DNA from: Isurus oxyrinchus
Taxonomy: Eukaryota
Length of the DNA stretch: 64,000 bases
Assembly (NCBI GenBank): GCA_026770705.1
Contig: JANJGN010000034.1
Span: 5,828,001 to 5,892,000 of the forward strand
Direction: 5' to 3'
Part shown: piece by piece, positions 13,540 to 28,500 of the stretch
Numbering within the stretch: position 1 is the stretch's first letter
How the letters are laid out: every line of letters begins with the position of its first letter
Position numbers and translations under genes: made by a program
Notes under the pieces: generated by a model
Database searches by the model: none
What the model saw: only the letters and a program-made list of their open reading frames with translations
Told to the model about the DNA's origin: nothing

Positions 13540-16500
13540 GTAATTATTTCGAAAATTCCTTGAGTTGGAATTATTTCATTTTTCACACCAGCAGGCAGAC
13601 AGGAAATATCTTCGAAAGTATTGGACATAACATTGCGTGTTTTGGCGTTCAGCATGGGGATCAGCATTTTATAAAGCAACGGCAATTTACCACAACTGTA
13701 ATATATTATAAAAGTTATTGAAAAAAAAGCGAATTGTCTGTAAAATGCCTCCTGAGATCATCAGTGTGTGAAGACTCTGTAAATAAACGTATACTTCGCA
13801 GTTTCATTTGAGAAAAATATAACTCCCCGTGCACACCAAATGTAAAAAGCGTTTCAGCATGAGTTGTGTCACCCACCGAGTCAATTTCTCAATTAAAAAT
13901 GGTTAGTAGCCAAATGCAAATTACAACATAGGAGCCCAACTTTTAGATGCCGAATTGGCCATGTATCCAGTCAGTCCAAGTATATCATTTAGAAGCAGGA
14001 GATTGCTACCATTTTAATGCAGTATTCGAATGGGATAGGAAGCAGTTGAGAGAATTTAAATAGCTTGGAAAAAGTTATAAACAGATTAGCCGAGTAAGGA
14101 AGAACATGATAACTTGAATAAAATGCACTTTAGTGAGAACAATTAAAAGAGCATGCTTTTCAACAGCATGAGACTAGGGTATGTATGCATTCAGGAGACC
14201 CATTTTGCGAATTACAGAAAATTAACACGTGGGCACAGGACTGGATTACGAAGCAAAAGCATGTTAGTCCATTACTTCTTGAAGAGAGATAAGACTGCAG
14301 ATAGAAATAGGCTAAACCAAAATTAGGTGCAATATTCCTCAGGAGAAACAGAGGGTATTCCGTCCTTTTTTCCTCTCCTTAATAATGGAAGGGCATAATT
14401 GCTTTAGTTGAGTGCAGTAAACCTTAAACATCCTAGTACCCGGGATGAGGCGAGTGCTGTAGCATGCGCACGAAACAAACTTGGACTTCATGACTACAGC
14501 TGAAAGGATACCAATGCGATTTAATCTTAACATACAAAATGGTAAGGAACCTGAGACGTTAATGCTGTAGAAATTATCAAATAATTGTAAAATCGATAGT
14601 TAGATATCACAGCCTCAGAGGGAATGGGCGTCCATTATTGGACAATATCTGGAGACATAAATTATGAGCGTTGTAAACCAGAAAGCTGTAAATGTTCCAT
14701 CGTTGAGTACATTCAAGGTAGCAGTCGGCAGATTTGAAATTTCTAATGAAATTATGGTCAAGTGAATGGAGGGAGGAAGATGAATTGAAGTGGAAGATCA
14801 GTCAATATGTTACTGAAGAATGGAGTCACCTGGAAAAGAGAATTGGATTATTACGGCAGGTATTACTTAAGCACTTACTTCACTGAATCTTTTGGTTCAG
14901 AACGTTGATAATCTGTATAACAACAATAACTGGAAGGATTATTTTTCTACATTTCAGAACTAACCATGTGCCAGGAGAATGTAGGCGATTTAGGTGAGAC
15001 TAACTTGCCGTTTGCTACAAAGACCTTTGTGGCCATTATTCAAATTAACATACTGTCTCTTATAAAATGTTAGATCAAACCGCTGTGTTGGAATTAATTA
15101 TGATTTTTCAGGAAAATTAAAGGCTTAGCATAGACCATCAGTTCTGCAGCAAAAATCCTGATGAGTTCAGTGGACCCTGAATGTCAACCTGATTGTAACT
15201 GGCATCCAAAGTCCCACCAGATACCGCCAGACAACATGCATTTTTATGTCTGAATATTGCAAGCGAATGGAAATGTCGTGCAAATATTAATTCCAACGTG
15301 CCTGCCTAAAACAGACCAATTGCAACCCTAACTGCATGCATGCAAATGACGTTTTGCGTTTCGCCGAAAAGTATATTTTTAGAGAATACAGATGGTAAGT
15401 GTAGCTCTAACTGGAGCTGCAACAACACTCAAAGGTCCTGGCACCACACAGGACAAAGCTTAACGTTTGACTGGCACCAAATATACCACCTTAAACTCTC
15501 TTCACCACGGTCTGCTGGTGGCAGCAATGTGTACCCAACAAGATGCAATGCAGCAACTCATGACTACTCCTTCCGAACCCACGAGCTCTGCAACCTAGAG
15601 GATCAAAAAGCAGAAGATGCTTGACATTACCACACTTGCAGGTTCCCCTACAAGTCACATACCATTCTGACTTGGAACAAAATCGCTGCTCCTTCACAGT
15701 TGCTGAGTCAAAATCCTGAAATTTCCTCAGTAACAAGACCATGGATGTACCTACAAAACATAGGCTACTGCGACTAAAGAAGGAGGCTCACCACCAATGT
15801 CTCAACGGCCAATAGTGATGGGGAATAAATGTTGGCAAATCCAGTGATGTCAAAATCCAGAGAACGAACGCATACATAAATAAATGAATAAATAATTAAT
15901 TCAATTAACAGATGAATCAATCAATCAAGAAAACAGCCAATCCATTATCTAAGCAATCCTTAACTATACTGGCTCACCCGCAGCTTGTAGCTGAAAAATT
16001 TGCCAGTGATGAAATAAATACACTGGTGGGTAACAGTGCTTGAATCTGAAGGCAAATATAAGATGCTAACTGTGTAAATTATAATAGTCGCTGTTAATAT
16101 CTTAGCCTGTACAACACATTGTACCTGTGCGAAGGTTAACTTGGAACGTGCAAAAAGTAAACTATTCAACCTAAGTTGTCATGTTGGTTCTTATGTTCCA
16201 GTGAAAAATGATTTTCACACTCTTCAGTTCACGTTAACAGGCAACGTGGTGTTATTTTTTTCCCCTTCTCTCAATTTTTCATTTTGCTACTCATAACTTC
16301 AGCTCATCGATTTGTCCAAACCATCATTCTGATGACAAATTCCTCCTTCCAATGAAATACCCCCTTATTCGGGATTGGACTTGTTAGTGAATACATTAAA
16401 TTAATTATCCTTAGTTTTTTTTTTCTCCCCGTGTCCCCATCCCCATTTATATCTGTCCATTTTATTGCAACGAATTGATTGTTTTAAAGCAGCAGTCGAT

Positions 16501-19500
16501 CATGCTTAACCAATCAAAATTTCAGAGAAATAGATTTTTCTGCCTTCTTTCCTGGTTCTCAGAATCATTACCAGAGCCATTGCCGCCCGGTAGGAGGACA
16601 TTCAGCCAACAGAATCCATGCCAACTCTCTGTAGAGCTTAAAACAAATATGTCTTGTTGTCATTATTGTGTGCGCCCTTTGTACGTTTTCCAGTCTTTCG
16701 TAACATCTCAAGAAGTGTGTATTTTAATCAATGTGCAGAATATTCATGGTGACTGGTGTCTGAAACTCTGTCGAGCGCTGCAGGTGCTGAGTCGGGAAAA
16801 AAAAAGTGTTTTGAACCCAGAGCCGCACATTGTGCCTGCGGGGCGCTCTAACCTACATATTGGAAACCAGAATTGTGCCCAGTAATATAATTTGCTCCAG
16901 TTAGGCTTAACGGAGAGAAAGAGAAAAAAAAAATGTGCGTGCTCCCCTACGTGAAGTTCAACCTATGCAGGAAACCAAAACAGACGAATAATATGATGCT
17001 TTTTTCTAACACGATATCTGTGTTATCTGGACCTAAATTCAACATATAACATCAACGTGTTAAGAGGCCAGAACTAGCATCAAGCAAAACAAATTAGCTA
17101 AAGGATAAATTCTTCGATCATATCGAGGCACAACCCTTCCAAATATTGCACAACCAAAGTGCTTGCAGACCAGGCCTGGATTCAGAAATTCTAGTTTTTT
17201 CTACCAATTTGTATGCAGACTAGAAATGTTTAAAATTCTAAAGAGTAATGTATATTCTGACCATAACGGCCGTCATTTGTATGCTGTTGGCTAACAAGTG
17301 CACACATATAATGAAACAATATACAGCAATCCACAATTTCCTTCAGCGTTTTTGTGCTGTGACTCGCAATGCTATTTGATTTTTCACAGGTTCGAAGTTG
17401 AATGGAAAGGAAAAGGGTAAGTGCATTTGTATATCGCTCATTTTATCCTGTAAACATTGCCTGAAAATCTTTCAATAATTCTTTGAAAAAAGGTTAAGGG
17501 AAGGTTTTTAAGCAAGTGTGAACAATCATGAAAACTAATCGTAGTGTAGAAATGGCAGAATGTTTTGCACTAGGAGAAGGCCCGGGATGCAGGGCACACG
17601 GATTTAAGTCCATTGGTGAGAGGTGGATGCAGAAATTCTATATTTTTTCTTTAGCTTAACGTGTAGTCACGTCCTAGAGTAGTGAATGCAAACAGTTTCA
17701 AAATAAACTGCCAAGAGACAATTAGAGAGTGCATTTTGGGAAAGCATATCAAACAGTACCAGTGGAGTTGGACAAATTGGCACTTGATCGAAAAAGTGAA
17801 GTAATCATTGCTTGTCTGCATGGTTGAAGGATTTGCAAAGTAATTTATTTTGAGAGTAATGAGAGGATGGAAATGCATGCAATTTCCCCTTGGCTTCGAT
17901 TCTCTTGTTAATATTATCGTTTCCGATCTTCAATCAGGGTCAAATAAGTTAGTACTTCAACTTTTCTGATGATATAGGATCGCAAGCACAACTCTGTTTT
18001 ACCATCTCCCTCCTTTTGCCATTGAGAGCCATGCAATGTAGCTAGCTCATGATCTCGTAGAAGATCACCCACAAATCTTGAACGCCCTATGTGATAAGTT
18101 GTTGTGTTTTCTTTCCACGTTGAAATTTAGATCTGTGGTAATGTAAAGGTCATGCCCTGGCACGGGGCTGCAATGCTTTCAGCAAGCATTTAAGGAGCCA
18201 ATGTCAACTACTGAAAATCTAAACTAAAAGCAAAAGGTCATAATTAATTGTTTAGGCACACCTGTGGAGGGAAACATTTTTTTTTCAGATCTATGACTGG
18301 TCATCATATATGGAAAACTGATCGACCTTAAAAGTTAACTGAATTCCTCTCCACAGCTTTTTACTGTCATGCTGTTTATTTCCTGCATTTCCTGTTTTTG
18401 AGCATATCATGTTAAATGATTAACATGCAGCAGAATTGGAAGCTAAAAAAAAAACACTTAATATCCTTAACGTTTAGTTTGAATTATCTGATAACGATGT
18501 AAGCTTCATATGATTGGATTGAAATACAAATAAAAAGAAAGTGAAATTCTAATGATATGAAGATATGGATTGTTTTGCATTGTGGAAAAGTTAAGCATTC
18601 CCCAACCAAATATTACCTCCTTGAGTGAACTAAGTGTCTTAAGCAGTAATTATGCACTTAGTCTGGCAGAAAAAAAAACATTATTGGATTCTCTAATACA
18701 CCTTTTGCACGATCAACCAACCTAGTTTTCTACTTTAAAAATATGAAGGTGGTTCTCATCTGTCAATTAGAAGAACACTGTATAACCAAAACTTTGGTAC
18801 TCTTTTAGCCTTAAGGAGAAAATAAAAGTACTGCATGGCACACACAAAGAAACAGACAGACACAAACATGAGCACAAACATGCACAGACAGACCCCATGC
18901 AAACTCACGTGTTCATATGCGCGCACACAAACACTGACACACAGAAATATACACAAACACATACCCAAAAAACAACTCACATGCAAACGCACATGAGGAG
19001 ACACATACACCGAAACACATATTTACACAAACATGCAGACAAACATACGCACACACATATACGCAAACAAAAATAAACAGACTCATAACACACACAGATA
19101 GACATAGTCGACAACACAAATATGCAGTGTGTGTACACACACATAAACACAACTTCAAACACATACATGTTCGCGCACGCAAACAGAAACACACAGACAA
19201 ACACAAAAACAGGTGACAGATGTTCGCAGATAACCCAAAAATTGGAGATGTGGGAAATAGTGAGAATGGAATACAAAGAATACAGTACAATGTACGGCAG
19301 ATTGGCAGAAGAGGGCCAATTGGAATATAATCCTGAGAAGCCTGAGGTGATGCATTTTGGGAGGACTAAAAGGCAAGGGAGCACAGGATGAACGGTAGGG
19401 CCCTAGGAAATTAATGGATCAGGGGTATCTTGGTGTGCATACACAAGTGTACTTGAAATGAGGAAAACAGGTACGTAGGTGGTTATGAATGCATATGGGA

Positions 19501-22500
19501 TACATGGCTTTATTAGTCGAGGCATTGAATGAAAGAACGGGGAGGTTATGATGGAACTGTATAAATCATTAGTACGGCCACTGGAATACTGATCTCCCAC
19601 TATAGGAATGATGTTGCACTGGAGACGGTGCATAGGAGTTTCACCAGTATGTTGCCTGACTTGGGCCATTTCCGCTATGGAGAAAGGCTTAATTGGCTGT
19701 TTGTTTTCTTTTTCCTTAAAGCAGAGAAGGTTGAGGGGATCCCTGATTACGGTGTACAAAATTATGAGAGGCATAGGTCTGGTAGATATTAAGAAACATG
19801 TCCACTAAGTGGAGGGGTCACTAACCAGTGGCCATAGATTTAAAGTAAGGTTCAGGAGTTTTGAGGCGATGTGAGGATTTTTCTTTTCACCCAAAGAGTG
19901 GCGGTTATCTGGAACTCATTACCTGAAAGGGTGGTAGAGGTGAGAACTTTTAGACAGTTAAGGAGTATTTAGATGAATAATTGAAACGCCAAAGCATATA
20001 AGGCTACGGGGCATGTGTTGACAAGTGGGATGACAGTAGATAGGGTTGAAGCCCAGTCCGGACACGCTGGGCCGAGAGGCGTCCTTCCCTTTTGTAAAAC
20101 TCCATGAGCTTATGAGTCTGTGACACACATGTTCACAAACACAGACAGACCCACACACAATCTCAGATGCACAAATGCAGGCACACACAAAAGCACACAC
20201 ACTTAAAAGCAGGCACCCAAACTCACATGCACACTCACTAACATACACACACGCTGAAATATACATGCAGGCAAAGTCATTGTGCAAACACACGCAAACA
20301 CATGTGCATACGCACAGACAGATGGGCACAGTCACAAACACACATGCAGACATACACACTCGTGTGTTCACACAAACACTTCAACTGAAATCTAATCTTC
20401 ATTTTTGTTTTTCTTTCCAGAGCTAGCGAAATGTTTGGAATCATTGAGTGCATTAGGTAGGCAAGTTACTTGATTGCAAACTGACAGTTTTTTTTTTTCA
20501 CGAAGTCATACAGATAAGATCAAATGAACCTATGGGCGCGAATAAAGCAGGGTGGAATGATTTCCTAGACGTGCAATTCGAAAACGAACATCAATGAACG
20601 GTTAAGTGTAAAATAAAATGATGTGATTACAAGTCCTGAGAGGCACATGCTAAGACTTTATCTGAACCGGTTTGATCTGGATTTCATTCATTGCGTCATT
20701 TTGCTTAAAGGGTGAAAAGCTCGCTCCTAATCTTCTTTTCTTATTAGCCGGTGCACAGAGAACGATACAATTCACAACACGTCAGCTTAGTCAGGCTACA
20801 TGGCTGCATATGATGGTCAATAACATGTCCAGACATCAGCGGTCAATAGAGGCGTTCACCCCCATTGTCTGTCTTGCTTCTGCGACTGTATCCACACCCC
20901 AGAGTTCCTGGAAAAAAAGACATCAGGCCTACCTGAGACAAAGCATGGGTAGTGGGAATCGGAGAGAGTACAACAAAAAATTCACCAAAGAATGAATATG
21001 GTGATTTGAGAAACTCCCTTTTTCTTGAGTAGAATTAAAAAGTAATTTATTGTACCACTTTTTAAAGCAAATGGCCATGTTTGTTCATTTAACTTTGCTT
21101 GATGGCAGTGCAAAGCAAAGTTGGAAATGTGTAGAAAGCAAAGCGGACGCAAGCTGACCTTCATATTAGATTGTAAAACCGAAAGATCAGTATTTCGCAC
21201 TCGTCACATATTTATCTAATCGCAAGACATGATATTGTGTTATGTTAATTTGATTACATTTTGCTTTGTCACTTACTGCTTTTGCAGATGAAAAGCTGAA
21301 AGCGAAAGCCAAAGGTAAATAGTTTAACAAAGACATTAACATTGCCAAAGTAGCTGACTCATTAGTGAAGATTGTTGCTTTATACGCATTTACTCCCAGA
21401 GTTTCTATTATTTTTCTTTCATTTCAAGCATTTTTAGCATAAAATCTAGCACATACGCCAGATGCCTGCAGGTGAAGTTTTCAAATGGCCGAAGGACAAT
21501 CTTGATAATGCTGCATTAAAATGAGGTCCTTATGGCTCTCAGAGCAGAATTCTACCGTGAGTATCGATAATCAGATGTTAGCTCAGCACTCGTCAAATGA
21601 CTTCTTGGAAATGTCTAGTGGAGAATTGTTTGCTTGGCTGCCTACAGCACTACCATGACTAGACTACAGAATGCATTTTAAGGCGTTCCAGGCAATACCG
21701 AATTTTGGAAAGCCTGTATGCATATGCTGGTTATTTTAAAGTAAACCAAAATAAAGCAGTGCATTAATCTGAGCAGAATTACATGAGGAATGCTGAACAG
21801 ACTAAATGCATAATTCCCATTCTCTTTCTTATTACACAATGCACAGATATCCCTTTACTGCATGTGATTGTGGAACGAGGCCCGCTCATTCCAGCGCGAC
21901 ATTACAGATGCACGTTTATCATGGAGAGTGGGAAGAAAAGTCAGGCGTTATGTCTTCCAGGCAAATTTCCGCTTCATTGAAGTAATATTGTCCCTCACTA
22001 CAAATAAGCGCATTATTCATTGTTAATTGCATCTAATCGTATATGAATTGCAGGCAATCAAACAGGCAACTTATTTAAACTGGTCCTTGATATTTTCCCG
22101 TAAACATCCTTGCTACACTTTTACATCTAAAACCACCAGTGTAACTTAGGTTTTATTCATTTGCCGCCTGTGGACTTTAACTTAAACACACCTAGTATAT
22201 TCTCTGAACTGTCCGCGTTGGTAGAAAGTTCCGCTTCTGAAGCATAATCTGGAACAGATTGTTTATTCTGTACAATTTAATGGACTTAAGGTGACTCTCT
22301 CGTATTTAATAGCATTGTTTTTGCACGCTGCAAAATAATCCGAAATCCCCACCTCCATATTAATTTATTCTTATTTGATCGAAATCCACATTTCAGTTTT
22401 CCAAAATGATATAAGAGTGATCTGCACGTGAACATTCCATTCGGCATATGGTAGAATTTTCTCTGGACCCATATTTTATGATGCGAAGAAGTGATATTAA

Positions 22501-25500
22501 TTCAATAAGTGTTTATAATATCTTCGAGTTTGAATGTAATAAAGATAGAGTGGTTATGCCCACTTGTCCGATTTTCGTGTATTCAGTTTGAACTAGAGAG
22601 CAGTGGGAATGTTCACAACTCAGAAAAAGGAAATATTTCGCAATTGGGTTAGATACGTTTAATGGGAAGCTATATAACTAACAAAATAAAATAAAATAGC
22701 TCTAAGATTTTTTGGTGAAATTGAAACAGATTTTAAGGAGGGTGTATCGAGCATGAAAAGATGATTGAACACGTTTCCCCCAAAATGCCTGCTTCTGTGC
22801 TGCAAATTCTTTGTTATTCTAAAATCATAATGTTTACGGCAGGGGAAATCTATGCAACTAATTCTGGTAACTGGACTGATGTCCCGGATTTATCTTCGAT
22901 AATTTGATAACGCTATCCAAACGTTGGTCAGTGTTACATCGTTTGTCTAATAAGATAGCAAAGGTTGATTGTGTAGGGGAAAGATGGAGATATAGTGAAA
23001 TGTAAATACTTAACTGCTAATGCTTCTAATTTCCAGATTTAACCGGATGCGAAGACAATTTAGACAAATTAGGTTGGGAAATTATTCGATTTTTACTTAA
23101 AATTCTTCCATAATTATTTGCCAACCGCAGCCTAATTTATTTTCTGGCTACAATTTATAAGGAATTAGCTGTTCAAGCTGCATATAATCTTGCGTTGTCG
23201 AACACTCTCAGCCTGCGCAAAAGGGCAACATATAAATGTAAATATAGTTATTTGCCTCGCCAAATATCCATCGTTTTGAATTAAATATCGGGGTCATACC
23301 AATCTCGGGTGCCAAACAATTAATCGAATTCCACTTTTAAGCTTTCCAAAATGATATAATGTTTCGCTTCCCAGATAATGCCCGTGTTTTTCCCCACCCT
23401 TCATATATTCACAGGAATTATTTGTGCTGCTTAATATATAGTTCTTGTGCACAACGTGCTTCCAGTTTTACATTTTCACAATGCACACACTAAAACCAAG
23501 AAACAACAATGGACAAGTGCAAACACCCGATTTGTCATGTACCATCCGTTGAGCCATCTTGGTGTAGTAATCAAATCTGTTCTGATCATGTGTTTAGTCA
23601 TTTCAATCATTATATCTGTTTTCACCGTTATCACTTTATGTTCTTAACAGGGGAAGAGCTGAAGTTAAATTCGAAAGGTAGTTTCAAATTGATTTATTGA
23701 AAACATAAGAAGATGAAGGTATAAATGCACAGTGCATGCCTTGTGACACATGTGAGATCATAATCTTTATAAATTAAGATGCAGTGCTTGAAACAAGGAA
23801 GTTATGAAAAGTCATTATTATTTACCAGTTAGCTCGCTGCTAGAGTGTTTGGTAGCATTCTCGTGGTGGTCGTCAGCAATAACCTTAAGTTCTGAATAAG
23901 GCTGCAGAGGAGATTCAGTAAAATTCTCATGAGAATAATGGGTTTCTCGTTCAGGAGTGAGGTGTCAGCAACTGTAAATTAACTCGCCACAACAGAGGAG
24001 GTTGAATCAAAAGATTTCATTGAGGTATTATATAATAAGCAGTACTTCGAAAGATACAGGGGAGATATTCTTTCCAGCAGCAGAAAGAAATATGAACAAA
24101 TTTTGTAAAATAACATGACAATAGGGGAGGCCAAAGTTAGTAAGCTGGTGGCAAGAAAAGGCGTTTTGAAGTCAGGGACACGGTCTGATGTTACAAGTGA
24201 AACTTGGTTTGCCAGGTAGTAAATACAATTTGTGAGGTAAATTTTAATACTTGAGGCGAGAATTGTGAAGGTTTATGGGGAAGGTGAGAGGGAGTGGCAC
24301 AAATCCTGCATTGTCATCAGTTATCTTGCACAGGGACATTGCTCTGAACAGTGCTACATGCCCCAGTGAGTGGATATTTTATGACTAAACTTGTGTTATT
24401 TAGGTTTCATTATTTGGAAAAACACAGGGTAAATGGCTGAATTAATGTTAAGGGACGATATCTAGTTGTCATATTTTCTTCTGATTCTATATTAAAGGTA
24501 AGTAGCGCCATGTTACAATCCGTCTATGGCCCAAACTGTTCTACCAATGGCCCGGACCATCCTCCAAGTGGAAATCAGTGCCGGATTGCCAGTCATTGCA
24601 GAGTCAACTACGCTAAATAGCATCACTGCCAATCAAGTCCGACCTTCTGAATCAGACCGGCGACATGCAGGTAATGCAGCTACCCTCGAGGCCCAGATTC
24701 GCAGTTCAGCAGACTCGGATTAAAGGATGACATGCTTCCTTGTTCTGGCATGAGCAGCCGCAAACGATTTAAGTAAAAGCTGCCATGTAATTTGACAGAC
24801 CAGAGAGCATGCAAGTGTTTCCAATGTGCGCAGAGGGCGTTGTGGGGGGGGGGGAGGGGGAAGGGGTGGGGGGGAGGGGGGATGATATCAGAGGACGGGA
24901 TTGGGAGGGAGGGGGTCGGACCTCGCACAGGTGGGTAAGCAATGGAGGTGTTGGATTGCGGGGTGTCAGACCTTGGCTGGGAGTGGCGGTTTGGATGGTG
25001 TCAGTCATCAGCTCAGAGGTGGGGAGGATTTTCTAATCTTCGGGTGTAGAACTTTGGCGTGGTTCTGGGTTGGACCTCGGCAGTGGGGCCGCGGGGCATT
25101 CGCAATTCGGTTGGCAATGGGTGCTGGTTAGAGGTAGGGCACCCGGGGTTATTGTGCACAGGTGTTTCGGAAATCCAGGTAGGGAGCTGAGGGACCCCTG
25201 AGGTGGGGATGCACACCCAGCCAGTTGTGAGGGGTGGTGGGGGTGGGGGCTGGAAGAGGTTACAGTGATGGATGTGGTTTTGGGCTTCAGGAGTTCTGAC
25301 TGTGCGTGGCTTCGGAGTCCAGTAGATATGTTCAGTCATCGTGTGGTGTGGAGTGGGTTATATTGCTGGGCCGACCTTGATGTGGGCTTTTGCTTGGATA
25401 GGCATCCGGGTGTTGTGGTGGGGGCTATATCAGGTAGACAGAAGGGATTGGACGTCGGGAAGTAGTAAGGGATTGAATGTTGGCGTATTAAGCTCTGCCG

Positions 25501-28500
25501 TTACTGGATGGAGACCATCGTGCGGAGGCGGGTGGAGTAGCAGGGCTGGTTTGGGATGTGTCATGGTTGTGTGGGTGTCGGTTCAGCTAAGGACAGCTGA
25601 CGGTCTGCGGGTGGTCTGTGATGGATCAGGCCATGTGGGAAGGGTGTGTCTTTAGTGGGGCAGGGCCCATGGTTTCCGACCTGCAACATTGGGGGTGGGT
25701 CAGTTCGTTTTGCTATGGTTTGGTTAGCTGCGTATCGCGTCATGTCAGGCTATTCTGGGGCGGACCTAGGGAGCCATAAGAAGGAAGGGGGGATGTTGTC
25801 CCTTGCAGGTGGAGGAACCCATGGAGAGGGAAGGGTGGGGTTGTTTGTGGGGGTTGAAGTGATAAATTATGGAGGCTGTGGTTCCCATGTGTGGCAGGCC
25901 GTATCGTTCTGTATGTTTGCAATAAATACCCAGATGTATTTTGAAGATATTTTAATTCTTCTAACTTTTTTGGCTAGCAAGTGATGTTTCACAGCCGCCG
26001 CCATCTGACGTTTATGATTTGAATCGCATTTATGGATGGTTCTCAGCGCAGGACAATGCCCAGAGGAATTTTATCCTTCTACTTATTTGCCATGCAAACA
26101 CTTATTTTTGAGGCTCCAAGAGGGATTGCCCAGCGCATCTTTGGTTTACCCCATAAGCCCCTAATCCGAAGCTGGGGAACTGTGAAGTACTCACTCAATA
26201 TAATCTTACCAAAGCTGTATTTTTGTCAGTGACGGAAAAGGAATCAGTTGTTTTCCAATAACTGAAATATAAAATTTTCTCCGTTGTAGAACAGAAAAAA
26301 ATGTCTGATGCTTTAAAAGACTTAGGTGAGAAACGTCTATTCGGCCTTTTTGAAATAAACCTCAGTTGTTGACCATAACTAACCAATTAAGTTGGGCCCG
26401 TTTGAGAATAAATGAAAAGTTTAAAGTTGCAACTATTCTTCTTTAGCATTGGCATGAAAGGTGTCATAAGAAATGTGTAACCTATTATATGCTCTGCCGC
26501 CTTTACTCTTCCAATAAACTTGCTACAGCAGCAGCTTACAAACAGGGGACCTCTTCCAGTTAGGAAACCGGCAGCAGATGCATTGGAACACCAGCCCCTG
26601 TATGCGCCCATCCACGCCACACACAATTCTGACTTGGAACGATATTACCATCCTTTCAATATCGCTGAGTCTAAATTCTGGGGCAACCTTAATAACAGCA
26701 CTGTCACTATTCCTATAAAACATAGTTTAGGATCATTTTCTAGCTGATCAATAAAGCAACTCACCACCAGTACTCCAACCCCGCCAACCCTCCCCGAGGA
26801 GGGCAATGAGGAGTGCACAATTTCGACTGGTCTAACCAACAATGGTAGTATGCTCCACTCCCGCTAAACCCTCCCCCAAAAAAAAAAACTAAAGCCATTA
26901 CGTATAATTAACATGGTTTGCAGCGAAGATCCAGAGAGTTAAACAGTTAACCACATTAGTTTTCATCAGGTTTAATGTATAACAGCAGCCCTGTTGTTTC
27001 CCACCGAACCCACCGACCAGAACCTTTCAGGTGTAAGCTGTGTCTCAAAGTGTAACGCCTCTCTTGCGAGTGAAAAGCTAATCGACTCACACCCGTGTTA
27101 TGAAGTTGATGACACAAACTATGGTTATTCGGAAAGTTCTTCCTGGGTGCTTCACTGTTAGAAGTGTAGTCAATCAGATCGGGCATTAAAAGTTGTCCCC
27201 GTCTGCCCGTACAAGTGGACGTTAAAATAGGTCAAAACTGGGCTTCTGCTCAAGAATTCCCCTGTGGAATTCCATCCTAGAACAGATTATTTGGTCATGT
27301 TCACTTATTCTTTCCTGCATATGGCTGAAAAAAGGGACCAGTTACTGAAGCTTTTGCCCTCCACTTATCAGGACAACACATCAGTTTGGCTGTTTGCAAC
27401 AGGCATTACACAGACAAAAAAGTCCGTGCTTGTGGAAGTGTCAAGTTTTAGATGTGATTCTGCAACAGGACAAAAGATCCAAATCAATCCTGATTGGAAC
27501 AGGAAATACACTGAAAACCAATCTGAGGTTTTGATTTGCCTCGCCATGCGGCTCACTCACACTTTCAAGACTCATATACACACAACTTTGCAGACAAAAA
27601 GATAAAGTTCATATATTGTGCATTTTCCAACTAAACACAAGCCTGCCGGACAACCGTTTCCTGTTTAATTCCCCAATGGTAATGGCCTTTCCAATCAGAG
27701 TCCACCTGCGTGGTTCCAATTTGAAGAAATGCTTGGCTCTTTAAGGCTTTCTCGTGCATTCCCATCACAATGCCTCAACTAATTAGAGTCCACTTGTGAA
27801 CCAATCACTATAACTTCTCATGCATTTTCAAGTGTAGCAACTTTTTTTGTCTTGGTTTATTTTGAGAGCTGCAATGAAAGTGTATGAGTGGAAGCTTAAA
27901 TCGCATATTTTTTTGTCTGTAACACTCTGGTCTGTACTCAAAATGACAATCTGTTTTTTGTTTGAGACAACTTGTCACAATGATTCATACATTGTAATGG
28001 TCACCGAACATTTCATTGGATGTTAATTATGAAGGGAACCCCGGCTCCATATAAATTCAGATTGAAATTTTCATTCACAGAAGAAAAGCTGAAAACAAAA
28101 GTCATAGGTAACTGACTGATAGGTTCCCTACTTTAAGGCAGACAGATATTCATTTATGTTTATCACAGGTACAGTTTTCTCATTTGCAAAACAGTTAACA
28201 GGCATCTTCGGGAAAGATACCTTTCCCTTGAATCGTGTTCAGCGACATTCAAGAGCATTATGCAAGCGTTAAATTGATCAAAATACGAGGTGCATTTGCT
28301 TGGACTAGGATTAAATACTCTTGATCGCACAAACATTATGGGAGTATATAATTGGACGTGCTGAAGATCACGAAAAGATATTATTGGGTAAATAAAAATG
28401 ATTCTGTTCGGTGAAGAAAGCCCACAATCAGACACAGAAAATGAATATCACACCAAAGCCTTCCAGGGAGGACGCCCTGGGTGGTTCTTCACAAAGGATA

